DNA of 46,397 nucleotides from an uncultured Mageeibacillus sp. (GTDB lineage: Bacteria; Bacillota; Clostridia; Saccharofermentanales; DTU023): positions 1 through 46,397 of the forward strand of contig CAYFSZ010000002.1 in the NCBI GenBank assembly GCA_964346085.1, given 5' to 3'. Numbering within the stretch: position 1 is the stretch's first letter; each line of letters begins with the position of its first letter. Made by a program: the position numbers and the translations under genes. A model generated the notes under the pieces. The model searched no databases. It was not told the origin of the DNA and was given only the letters and a program-made list of their open reading frames with translations. Positions 9,314 through 18,094 of the stretch are shown here, piece by piece.

Positions 9314-10505
9314 ACAAATCCAATTCTTGTTCTGCTGCTTGCATCGTATAGTAATAAGCTTTTTCTATAAGTCTATCCGCCATCTGCATATTCATATTAT
9401 CTAAATCAAGTGATATCATCATTTGATTCAATAAATCTGGTTTTGTAGCTAACTGCTTTGCATATCTAGTTACATCTCCGCGTAATGAATGTTCTTCTAA
9501 TAAAACTTCCTTATCAATTTTCATCTTTGAACGATCAATGACTTCTGCATAAAAAAAGACTTCATTCATTTTATCTAATAATAGATGAATATTCATTCTT
9601 TTTGAAGTAAAACCTGTTAATATCAAACGACAAAAATGATAAGGAACTTGGGTTTGAGGGACTTTATCTTTAACTGAGTCGATGATGTTTTGAGATAAAT
9701 TAGACATGGATTCATCCTCAAACCGGGCCACATTAATTTGAACTTCAAAAAACTGAGGACTTTTCAATTTCAAGAAAGATGAATTTATCGTTTTTGCATT
9801 CTCGTCAATTTGGATTAGATGCACACCTTTTTCTCCAATCTCATCAAAACCTCTCCCCATTACACATCCATTATATAAGCATGGCAAATGCCGTTTATCG
9901 GTATAAATGATTTCATTCGATGTATGAATATGACCTAAAAGAGAAATGTCAAATTCCAGCTTATCAATCATATCCGAATATATCGGGTTATAATTTGATT
10001 TTGGATTTAATAAGTCTCCATGTTGCACCAAAATATTTAAGTTAGATTTATTTTGCTCATAATAAATATAATCTTCTCTTTCCCATAAAGGATTTATAGA
10101 GGATTGACTAAAAAATGGTTTTCCCCAAAACGTAATATCATGTTCATCAAAGTAAAAATTCATCTGTAAAGGATTGAATACATGAACATTCGGTAAACTC
10201 GAAAATGACGACCACAAACTGTGCGGATACCAATAATCATGATTTCCTGGATTAATAATGATCTGCGTATTTTTTAATTCTTCAAGTTCTTGTTTTACAG
10301 TACCTAATAAATGATTCTCAATTTGTATTGAGTCAAATAAATCTCCTGCGATTGAAATGTAATCTACATTTTCAAGTTTGGCGATTTGTAGGATTTCATG
10401 AAAATTACGTAATTGCTCCAAATGCATTTTATTACGTTTATTAGGTTCTAAGTATTGAAAAGGTGTACCTAAATGCAAATCTGCCATATGTAAAACAGAT
10501 ATCAT
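9303..10505 (-). CDS. Mre11/SbcD-family metallophosphoesterase nuclease, SbcF(YhaO)-like
   Basis: Calcineurin-like motifs ADLHLG, AGDLFD, GNHD and GHIH. GGAGGG lies 6 nt before the ATG. Translationally coupled to the downstream ATPase. Confidence 0.85.
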   Translation of the reverse strand: MISVLHMADLHLGTPFQYLEPNKRNKMHLEQLRNFHEILQIAKLENVDYISIAGDLFDSIQIENHLLGTVKQELEELKNTQIIINPGNHDYWYPHSLWSSFSSLPNVHVFNPLQMNFYFDEHDITFWGKPFFSQSSINPLWEREDYIYYEQNKSNLNILVQHGDLLNPKSNYNPIYSDMIDKLEFDISLLGHIHTSNEIIYTDKRHLPCLYNGCVMGRGFDEIGEKGVHLIQIDENAKTINSSFLKLKSPQFFEVQINVARFEDESMSNLSQNIIDSVKDKVPQTQVPYHFCRLILTGFTSKRMNIHLLLDKMNEVFFYAEVIDRSKMKIDKEVLLEEHSLRGDVTRYAKQLATKPDLLNQMMISLDLDNMNMQMADRLIEKAYYYTMQAAEQELDLYEN

Positions 10506-10577
10506 ATGCTTCCCTCCTCACTCCTAAATCAGGAATATCAAATGTAATCAATAACAAATTTACAATACTATTTCTCA

Positions 10578-10607
10578 TTGTCAAAAAGCAAGAAAAATCC
10601 TTATAAT
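10578..10607 (+). promoter_or_regulatory. sigma-A-type promoter for the GH13-like gene
   Basis: TTGTCA (10578-10583), 18 nt spacer, TATAAT (10602-10607), about 35 nt upstream of the start codon. Confidence 0.45.
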
Positions 10608-10642
10608 AAAAAAATAAATACTGCCTTTGAATGAGGGAAATT

Positions 10643-12649
10643 ATGGATACAAAAATAAAATGGACAAAAAATAGTCGCATCGGCGAAGTACTGGATTCTA
10701 AATTCGGAAAAGAAATTCTCACTTTCATCGCACAGTTTTCTGGAAAATCTATGAAAGATTTAGACAAATTCTATATTCGGACTTTGCCTCTAAAATCTTA
10801 TCCAATTATAAGTCGATTGTCTGGCATCGAATTCGACAGTCAATTGATCAACTGGATTGTTGAAAAATTAAATCAAAAAGATTTGTTTAGCAATCCATTG
10901 CCAATTCCTGAAAAATTCGAAAAACGATGGTGGAAAGATGCAGTCATTTATCATTTATTTGTTCCTAGTTTTCGTGATGCAAATAACGATGGTATTGGTG
11001 ACATCAGAGGAATTATTAATCGTTTCGAGTATTTATTGACTCTCAATATCAATGCGATATTATTAAGTCCATTATTTGATTCTCCTTTCCATGATGTTGC
11101 TTTTGATGTACGTAATTTCACAGAAATTAATGAAAAATTTGGAGATGAAAATGATTTAAAAGAATTAATTGCTCTCTGCCATCATCATAAAATAAAAGTC
11201 ATTTTGACTTTTCCTATGAATCAAACTTCCGATGAACATGCATGGTTTAAAGATGAAAGTAATATTCCATCTTATTCTTCAAAAGATACAACAGATTACT
11301 ATATTTCAGAGGAAGTCCCCAATAATTGGCAATCACATTACGGAGATTCTGCTTGGCGTTATGAGAGAGTTCCTAAAAGATATTATTTACACTTAAAAAG
11401 CACAAAGCAAATTGAATTAAATTGGCATAACGATGTCTTGAGGAAAGAGATGATTCAATCAATGCAATATTGGAAGCAATTTGACATTGATGGACTTTTA
11501 TTAGAATCATCAAGTTTCATTGCCAAAAATAAAAACTATGCTGAAGGAAATAAAATCATTGGAAATATTACTGGCATCACAGGTATTGAGCAATATACAT
11601 ATCAACCTGAATTATTACTTTGGTTAGAGGAAATATATGAGGCTCTAAAAAAAGATGATCCTAATTTTTTAATCATTTCTGATAATCAAAAAATGAACAA
11701 TTATTTTTTGAAGTACTTGAGTGGAGATGCAACAAAAAGAAGTGACTTAGGTCTTTCCTATTATCAATTCCTCCATCAGTTTGATGATAATCATCACGGG
11801 CCAGACAAAATCTCTCTTCAGCATTTAAACCATACTTGGCTCCAAATGCAAATTGATTCGGACAATTCATTTTGGCCAATTATATTTTGCGAGGATCTTA
11901 ATCATTCTAGAATTATCAGTCGCGTTTCTTCAGATATTTCCTATCGGTCACAAATCGCTAAACTCATTGCGACAATGCAGCTAACAGCAAAAGGAACTAT
12001 TTTACTCTATCAAGGACAGGAATTAGGTCAAGTCAATGCGTCTTTTCACAATATCTCTCAATTACGTGATATTGAAGCATTAAACAAATATGAAAAGATA
12101 ATCGAAAGCTCGGCTTCCATCGATCATTCCAATTCAGTAGAAAAAATATTGAATAGTAGTAAAGACCATGCACGCATTCCAATTGCTTGGAATGACTCAA
12201 TAAATGGAGGTTTTTCAGAGTGTAGCTCAACTTGGATTGATTGTTTCTCTGATCCCGGTATGACATTAATGGATCAGACGAATGATTCACATTCTATTTT
12301 GAACTATTATCGTAGTTTAATTTCTTTAAGATTACATTTTTCAACATTTATCAAGGGGAGATTTTATTCTTTAGATAGAAATAATAAACATATCATGAGA
12401 TGTCTTAGAATTGACAAAAATCATGCATTCTACATTGAAATGAACCTAACGGATGATCATTTAAACGTTGTTGGATTAAATAGAAATCAATTAAGAAAAG
12501 TTCAGGAAATTGAAAATATTCCTTATGATATTCCAGAAAAAATTGATCGTACGATTCTATTATCGAATTATCCAGACAGGAATCAACAAGAAATTAAGAG
12601 AAATAAAGATTTGCGTCCTTATGAAGCCTTTATCATAAAATTATATTAA
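10643..12649 (+). CDS. GH13 (oligo-1,6-glucosidase/alpha-glucosidase-like) protein with substituted catalytic residues and an N-terminal extension of about 90 aa
   Basis: Clear GH13 signature (WWKDAVIYHLF.PSFRDANNDGIGDIRGII, TSDEHAWF, LYQGQELG, RPYEAFIIKL), but conserved regions I-IV are altered (see finding). Start placed at the ATG at 10643, with GAGGG 5-6 nt upstream. The longest ORF starts at 10631. Confidence 0.8.
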   Translation: MDTKIKWTKNSRIGEVLDSKFGKEILTFIAQFSGKSMKDLDKFYIRTLPLKSYPIISRLSGIEFDSQLINWIVEKLNQKDLFSNPLPIPEKFEKRWWKDAVIYHLFVPSFRDANNDGIGDIRGIINRFEYLLTLNINAILLSPLFDSPFHDVAFDVRNFTEINEKFGDENDLKELIALCHHHKIKVILTFPMNQTSDEHAWFKDESNIPSYSSKDTTDYYISEEVPNNWQSHYGDSAWRYERVPKRYYLHLKSTKQIELNWHNDVLRKEMIQSMQYWKQFDIDGLLLESSSFIAKNKNYAEGNKIIGNITGITGIEQYTYQPELLLWLEEIYEALKKDDPNFLIISDNQKMNNYFLKYLSGDATKRSDLGLSYYQFLHQFDDNHHGPDKISLQHLNHTWLQMQIDSDNSFWPIIFCEDLNHSRIISRVSSDISYRSQIAKLIATMQLTAKGTILLYQGQELGQVNASFHNISQLRDIEALNKYEKIIESSASIDHSNSVEKILNSSKDHARIPIAWNDSINGGFSECSSTWIDCFSDPGMTLMDQTNDSHSILNYYRSLISLRLHFSTFIKGRFYSLDRNNKHIMRCLRIDKNHAFYIEMNLTDDHLNVVGLNRNQLRKVQEIENIPYDIPEKIDRTILLSNYPDRNQQEIKRNKDLRPYEAFIIKLY

Positions 12650-12671
12650 TTTGTTCCAGTCATTTAAGTAT

Positions 12672-12707
12672 AAAAAAAGCGTAACTCACTCTAGAGTTAC
12701 GCTTTTT
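12672..12707. terminator. bidirectional rho-independent terminator shared by the convergent GH13-like gene and secA
   Basis: Perfect 9-bp stem GCGTAACTC/GAGTTACGC (12679-12687 / 12694-12702) with a 6-nt loop, flanked by A7 on the left and T5 on the right. Confidence 0.8.
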
Positions 12708-12708
12708 C

Positions 12709-15540
12709 TCATCCATTGTCTTGATCTGATTGTAAATGACAATTCTTGTATTTTTTACCGCTTCCACACCAGCAAGGTTCATTTCTTCCTGGAATAAATT
12801 TTTTCTTTATGGGTTGTGTTTTCTCTGCAGGTGGTGCAGCTGTATTTGATTGATTTCCTGACATCATTTTAGAGAAATCCGCTGTTTTAACCCCTGCTGT
12901 CATATTTTCTTCCGAATCTGAATTCTGTGATTTCATGCTTTGTCGATTATCATTTACATTAATATTTGCTCTCATAAGCATGCGTACACAATCTTCTTGA
13001 ATTCCATTTGTCATGGCTTCAAACATTTCAAATCCTTCACGCTTATATTCCATAACTGGATCATGTTGCGCATATCCTCTGATACCGACAGAATCACGTA
13101 AATTATCCATCTCATCTATATGATCCATCCAATAATTATCTACGGTTTTTAAAAGGATATATCTTTCTGCTTCGAAAAGAATATCTTTCGAGCCTAAATT
13201 TGCAGCTTTGTCATCTAAGATTTCTAAACATTCTTCGTACATGTTTTCTCTGATATCATCAACATCTACTGTTCCTTCCAAATTTTCGAGAGCGAGGACA
13301 CTAGGGATTGGTCCAATTACATCTTTTAGTTGATTTGTTAAACCGAGTAAGTCCCATGAATCCACGTTATTAGTATTATTCGTGTATATAGAAAATGATT
13401 TATAAATATAATTGCTAATATTTCTAATGAAATAATCATGAACATTTTCACCTTCAAGAACTTCTCTTCTTTGATCATAAATAAGGTTTCTTTGCTGATT
13501 CATGACATCATCATATTGCAAAACATTTTTACGAATCGCGAAATTTCGTCCTTCCATGTTTTTCTGCGCAGATTCTATCATTCGGGTCAACATAGAATGT
13601 TCTACTTCCATGTCTTCATCAATTTTTAATGTTTCAAAAACACGTTCCATTCTTTCTCCGCCAAATAAGCGAAGTAAATCGTCTTCAAAAGATAAATAAA
13701 ATTTACTTGTACCTGGATCCCCTTGACGTCCAGCACGACCACGTAACTGATTGTCTATACGGCGTGATTCATGTCGTTCAGTACCAATTATATAAAGTCC
13801 GCCCGCTTCAACAACTTGTTTTTTCTCGTCAGCAATTGCATTCTCAAATTTTTGTTCCAATTCCTGGAATAATTGTCTTGCGTTTAATATCTGTTCATCA
13901 TCAGTTCTATTAAATGAGTTAGCTTGCTCAATCAGTTCCTCATCATAACCGAGCTTTCTCATTTCTTGCTTCGCCATAAATTCGCTATTGCCGCCAAGCA
14001 TAATATCCGTACCACGCCCAGCCATATTTGTAGAAATCGTAACAGCTCCCAAACGACCAGCTTGTGAAACAATTTCAGCTTCGCGTTGATGCTGCTTTGC
14101 ATTTAACACATTATGTTTAATCCCTGCTCTTGTAAATAAAGCAGATAAAATTTCAGATTTTTCGACTGAAACAGTACCAATTAATATTGGTTGTCCTGTT
14201 TCATGAATTTGTTTTACAGTTTCAATTATTGATTTATATTTTGCTTTTTGTGTTTTATAAACAGAATCAGGTAAATCATTACGTACCATCGGCTTATTCG
14301 TCGGAATAGTAATAACATCGAGTTTGTAAATTTCTCTAAACTCATCTTCTTCTGTCATGGCAGTACCTGTCATTCCAGATAATTTTTTATACATACGGAA
14401 ATAATTTTGGAAAGTAATCGTTGCCAAAGTCTTGCTTTCTCGCTCAACTTTCACACCTTCTTTTGCTTCGATCGCTTGGTGTAAACCGTTGCTATATCTT
14501 CTACCAGGCATAACACGACCAGTATTTTCATCAACAATGACAACTTCATTATCTTTTACAATGTAATCTATGTCTTTAAACATAGTTCCATGGGCTTTGA
14601 GTGCATTATTGATGTGATGGTTAATTAAATAATTATCAGGATCCGTTAAATTTTCAAGACCAAAAAACTTCTCAGCTTTAATAACACCTTGATCCGTCAA
14701 CACAGATGTTTTTGCCTTCTCATCAACGATGAAATCCGCATCTCCTTCGAATTCAGCTCTTTCATCAGCCGACATTTTATCATCAGTTTGCTTAAACACT
14801 TTTCCTTTGAGCCCAACAATCAGTTGATTCGCTCTCTCATACAAATCTGAAGATTTACCACTTGTACCAGAAATAATTAATGGAGTTCTCGCTTCATCAA
14901 TCAAAATACTATCCACCTCGTCGACAATGGCAAAATTTAATTCTCTTTGTACAAGACGATCTATTGAGGTAACCATGTTGTCGCGCAAATAGTCAAAGCC
15001 AAACTCATTGTTGGTTCCATATGTGATATCCGCATGATAAGCTTTCTGTTTTTCTTCTTTCGTTTTACCATGAACAATCAAACCTACAGAAAGACCGAGG
15101 TAACGATAGATTTTGCCCATCCATTCGCTATCACGTTCTGCAAGATAATCATTGACAGTTACAACATGAACCCCTTTTCCTGAAAGTGCATTTAAATAAA
15201 CCGGTAAAGTAGCAACCAATGTTTTCCCTTCACCAGTGCGCATTTCAGCAATTCGGCCTTGATGCAAGATAATCCCCCCAATAATCTGCACAGGAAAGTG
15301 AACCATTCCTAATACTCTTCTTGAGGCCTCTCTAACAGTTGCAAAAGCTTCTGGAAGAATATCATCAAGAGTTTCTCCTTTTTCAATTCTTTCCTTGAAA
15401 ACTTGTGTTTTCCCCTTCAGCTCTTCTTCGGAAAGAGCTTTATAGGATTCTTCTAAATCTAATACTTGCTTTTGAATCGGCAATATTTTCTTAATTTCAC
15501 GTTCAGAATGTGTGCCGAAAATTTTTGTTACTAAACCCAT
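12709..15540 (-). CDS. secA: preprotein translocase ATPase SecA
   Basis: 943 aa. MRTGEGKTL Walker A, DEVDSILIDEARTPLIISG, TNMAGRGTDI. C-terminal zinc-binding SEC-C tail [13 protein letters not shown]. Confidence 0.97.
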   Translation of the reverse strand: MGLVTKIFGTHSEREIKKILPIQKQVLDLEESYKALSEEELKGKTQVFKERIEKGETLDDILPEAFATVREASRRVLGMVHFPVQIIGGIILHQGRIAEMRTGEGKTLVATLPVYLNALSGKGVHVVTVNDYLAERDSEWMGKIYRYLGLSVGLIVHGKTKEEKQKAYHADITYGTNNEFGFDYLRDNMVTSIDRLVQRELNFAIVDEVDSILIDEARTPLIISGTSGKSSDLYERANQLIVGLKGKVFKQTDDKMSADERAEFEGDADFIVDEKAKTSVLTDQGVIKAEKFFGLENLTDPDNYLINHHINNALKAHGTMFKDIDYIVKDNEVVIVDENTGRVMPGRRYSNGLHQAIEAKEGVKVERESKTLATITFQNYFRMYKKLSGMTGTAMTEEDEFREIYKLDVITIPTNKPMVRNDLPDSVYKTQKAKYKSIIETVKQIHETGQPILIGTVSVEKSEILSALFTRAGIKHNVLNAKQHQREAEIVSQAGRLGAVTISTNMAGRGTDIMLGGNSEFMAKQEMRKLGYDEELIEQANSFNRTDDEQILNARQLFQELEQKFENAIADEKKQVVEAGGLYIIGTERHESRRIDNQLRGRAGRQGDPGTSKFYLSFEDDLLRLFGGERMERVFETLKIDEDMEVEHSMLTRMIESAQKNMEGRNFAIRKNVLQYDDVMNQQRNLIYDQRREVLEGENVHDYFIRNISNYIYKSFSIYTNNTNNVDSWDLLGLTNQLKDVIGPIPSVLALENLEGTVDVDDIRENMYEECLEILDDKAANLGSKDILFEAERYILLKTVDNYWMDHIDEMDNLRDSVGIRGYAQHDPVMEYKREGFEMFEAMTNGIQEDCVRMLMRANINVNDNRQSMKSQNSDSEENMTAGVKTADFSKMMSGNQSNTAAPPAEKTQPIKKKFIPGRNEPCWCGSGKKYKNCHLQSDQDNG

Positions 15541-15643
15541 AATTTATTTTTATTTAACCTCTATTTCAGAAATTCAATATTTATTTATCAGTGTACTAGT
15601 ATACATCAAAAATAAAAATAATATTATTAACTTAATAAAAACT

Positions 15644-16654
15644 TTACTCATTGTCCTTTTGTTCTATATATCGATAACTGTTTCCTATCGTTTCTAATTG
15701 TAAAATCACATTATTATTCTTTGCTATATTTTTCACATTGTCCAAAATTATCTTATTTTTTTCATTGATACCATTCTTAGGAACTACTATTATTAACCGT
15801 CGACTTATGATATCTTCTTCTGAAATCACTGACGGATTAATATTCGTCGGCTTATTACCACCTCGAAAATTAGATAAATCAGTCATTTCTTTCTCAAACT
15901 GTCTTTGCAGTATTTCATTATTCTGATATTGAGGAGCTGTTAAGTCTATACTCCTTATTCCAATCGCCTGGCCATTCTTAAAACCAGAAATCACAGGATA
16001 ATTAAACGGCAAATTTGCATCAAATTTTTCTCTAAAATACTTCCCTCGAACAAAATTATGCTCTTCCCAAATCCCATCTGCTTCTTTTCCATCAGAGACC
16101 GATTCGTCTTTAACTGGTATAAAGTCCGAATCATATTTTGTCCAAAGAGGAATATAACTATAAATAACTCTTTCCTTCTCTGTCCAAGGCGTTTTAATAT
16201 GATAATCCATCTTTAGTCTTAAGGCATAATCACCACTTGTTGAAATTGAAATCTTTCGTTGATCAGAAGGAATCTTAACCTTTAATTGATTTGCTCCGAT
16301 AATTAGCCATTTTTCAACTTTATTCTGAATAAAATCTTGTAAAAGAACAGAACTAGAAATATTCAGCAAATCTTCTTGCAAGGATTTAGGAACCTCTTCA
16401 AGTATTGGTATATTCTCATCAACAAATCCACTTAGATGATCTTGATATAGTGCTTCTGCAAATGGAAATAAAACTGATAGCTCCTTAGCAGTATTATCTA
16501 ATGCATATCTCATGATGACTTCATGCTGAACCGTTAAACTCGCACTTAACATAAAATAACAAATTACCATAATTACAGGAACAATCAAGGCTGCTTCTAA
16601 AACAATGCTCCCGTGTTCAGCATTTGCCTTAACTTTAATGATTCTCATCAACAT
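15644..16654 (-). CDS. hypothetical exported/membrane protein: TadE-like class III signal N-terminus plus a C-terminal PD-(D/E)xK-toxin-like domain
   Basis: 336 aa. N-terminus KANAEHG|SIVLEAALIVPVIMV (Gly, then Glu at +5, then a hydrophobic helix). C-terminal pattern RGKYFREKF..NLPFNYPVISGF.NGQAIGIRSIDL...Y....RRLIIVVP.....ILDNVKNIAKNNNVILQLETI. Starts 18 nt after the upstream stop. Confidence 0.55.
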   Translation of the reverse strand: MLMRIIKVKANAEHGSIVLEAALIVPVIMVICYFMLSASLTVQHEVIMRYALDNTAKELSVLFPFAEALYQDHLSGFVDENIPILEEVPKSLQEDLLNISSSVLLQDFIQNKVEKWLIIGANQLKVKIPSDQRKISISTSGDYALRLKMDYHIKTPWTEKERVIYSYIPLWTKYDSDFIPVKDESVSDGKEADGIWEEHNFVRGKYFREKFDANLPFNYPVISGFKNGQAIGIRSIDLTAPQYQNNEILQRQFEKEMTDLSNFRGGNKPTNINPSVISEEDIISRRLIIVVPKNGINEKNKIILDNVKNIAKNNNVILQLETIGNSYRYIEQKDNE

Positions 16655-16672
16655 TTTTGCGTCACTCCATCC

Positions 16673-18094
16673 TTAATTTTTGCTTATGATATTATCAGAA
16701 AACTCTCTCTGTAAATGAAATGTTTTGTTCTCAAAAGTCGCGTCTAATTGAAAAGCAACAGCAAATTGGCCTGGTATTAATTTACTTCTAATAGTTGTCA
16801 TCCCGCTGAGAAGATTACTTTCGGATTGAAAAAAACTAAGTGCATATAATAAGTCATAATAATTTAGGTTTATAGAAATATTTCCTATCTCGAAAGAAAT
16901 ACTTTTTCCGTCTAATAATGCATTGATATCTTTATTTGTTTCAATTCCCGCATCAATTAAAATTAGAATCATTTTAATTATCGTTGGCGGAATTATCACC
17001 GTCCCCAAACTTACTGTCGCGATTGTTGTACTAATTGAAGTTGCACTTGAAGTGTATGCTGCTTGATGAACTGAATCAGTCATTCGATGAACCAAATGAT
17101 AACAATACCGTAATGCGCTCATCGTTCCTTTCGCAGATTGTAAACCTTTTTCTGGAGATTCTTTACGAAAAATAATTTGTTCTATTTCATTTTTTCTGCC
17201 CGAATTAATCAACTCCGAACAGTGACGTCCATCGGGTGTAGTTAATACCATCATCTCACCGTTTTTTTCGATAGAAGAACATTCAAGTGTATAATAACGA
17301 AAAAGATATTCTGATACCTGAATACGATCTATTAACGGAATCTGATAATTGCCGAGCATAATATCAAATGAAGAAAAAATATTTTGAACTGAATTCGTTG
17401 CTAATGGTTGATCAGCTCCCACCGAACCAGTTGATTCATAGATAGGAATGATTGAATCGGCGGCATCTTCAAGTAAATCTTCAACGATTGCAAACCCAGC
17501 ATCCTGTAATTCCTTTATTTCTGTTTCTGATATCTCTTCTTCTGAACCGCTTTCTTCTTCAGGAGGTTCTGATTGTTCAATCTCATGAATATATTCATCT
17601 TTATTCTCCAAAATGGTCTCAAGATTGTCATTATCAAAATTTAGTTTTTCTTTCATACTGCTAATATTTTCGATGATTTGTGAATAAGCTTCCGTATTTC
17701 TTAAGTGATTATCCATTATCAAGATGGGTGCACGAATGCTCATATGTCTGGTAATTTGCTTCTTCAATTCTTCGTTATCATTTAAGTATCTATCAGCCTT
17801 TATGGTTGATTCTGTATATTTTTCATCACTCAAATAAAGTGCATTCAATTCATCAGACATTGAATTGACTTTTTCTGTATCCGTCCCCCATAACCCAAAA
17901 TCATGCCAAAGTTGCCGATTATAAGAAGCTAGCGTTAAATCCAATTCATTTTCACATTTTCTGATAAAATCAAGCTCAAGTTTATTTGTTTGTGTATCTG
18001 AAAATAATATAAAAAGCAACAACACTGTCACCGGAAATAAGAGTGAAAAAAACAGACTGATATTCCCTTTTTCATCTATTAATTTTTGTTTCAT
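16673..18094 (-). CDS. hypothetical membrane-anchored protein, TadG/DUF5702-like N-terminus
   Basis: 473 aa. N-terminus EKGNISLFFSLLFPVTVLLLFILF followed by LASYNRQLWHDFGLWG. Acidic linker EQSEPPEEESGSEEEISETE. Second hydrophobic segment near the C-terminus (TVIIPPTIIKMILILIDAGI). TAATG stop/start overlap with the upstream gene, with GGAGGA as SD. Confidence 0.55.
   Translation of the reverse strand: MKQKLIDEKGNISLFFSLLFPVTVLLLFILFSDTQTNKLELDFIRKCENELDLTLASYNRQLWHDFGLWGTDTEKVNSMSDELNALYLSDEKYTESTIKADRYLNDNEELKKQITRHMSIRAPILIMDNHLRNTEAYSQIIENISSMKEKLNFDNDNLETILENKDEYIHEIEQSEPPEEESGSEEEISETEIKELQDAGFAIVEDLLEDAADSIIPIYESTGSVGADQPLATNSVQNIFSSFDIMLGNYQIPLIDRIQVSEYLFRYYTLECSSIEKNGEMMVLTTPDGRHCSELINSGRKNEIEQIIFRKESPEKGLQSAKGTMSALRYCYHLVHRMTDSVHQAAYTSSATSISTTIATVSLGTVIIPPTIIKMILILIDAGIETNKDINALLDGKSISFEIGNISINLNYYDLLYALSFFQSESNLLSGMTTIRSKLIPGQFAVAFQLDATFENKTFHLQREFSDNIISKN

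Noticed and set aside
10441-10767. 108-aa minus-strand ORF crossing the yhaO-like start and the GH13 promoter region
   Set aside because: Overlaps two supported genes and the divergent promoter. No SD. The protein has no features.
13438-13913. Three overlapping plus-strand ORFs antisense to secA
   Set aside because: Shadow ORFs inside secA with no SD and no recognisable domains.
15541-15643. Imperfect palindrome GTGTACTAGTATAC upstream of secA, and the possibility of an immunity-type small ORF after the toxin-like gene
   Set aside because: The palindrome is short and imperfect in an AT-rich spacer. No ORF with a start codon and SD fits in the 103-nt gap.
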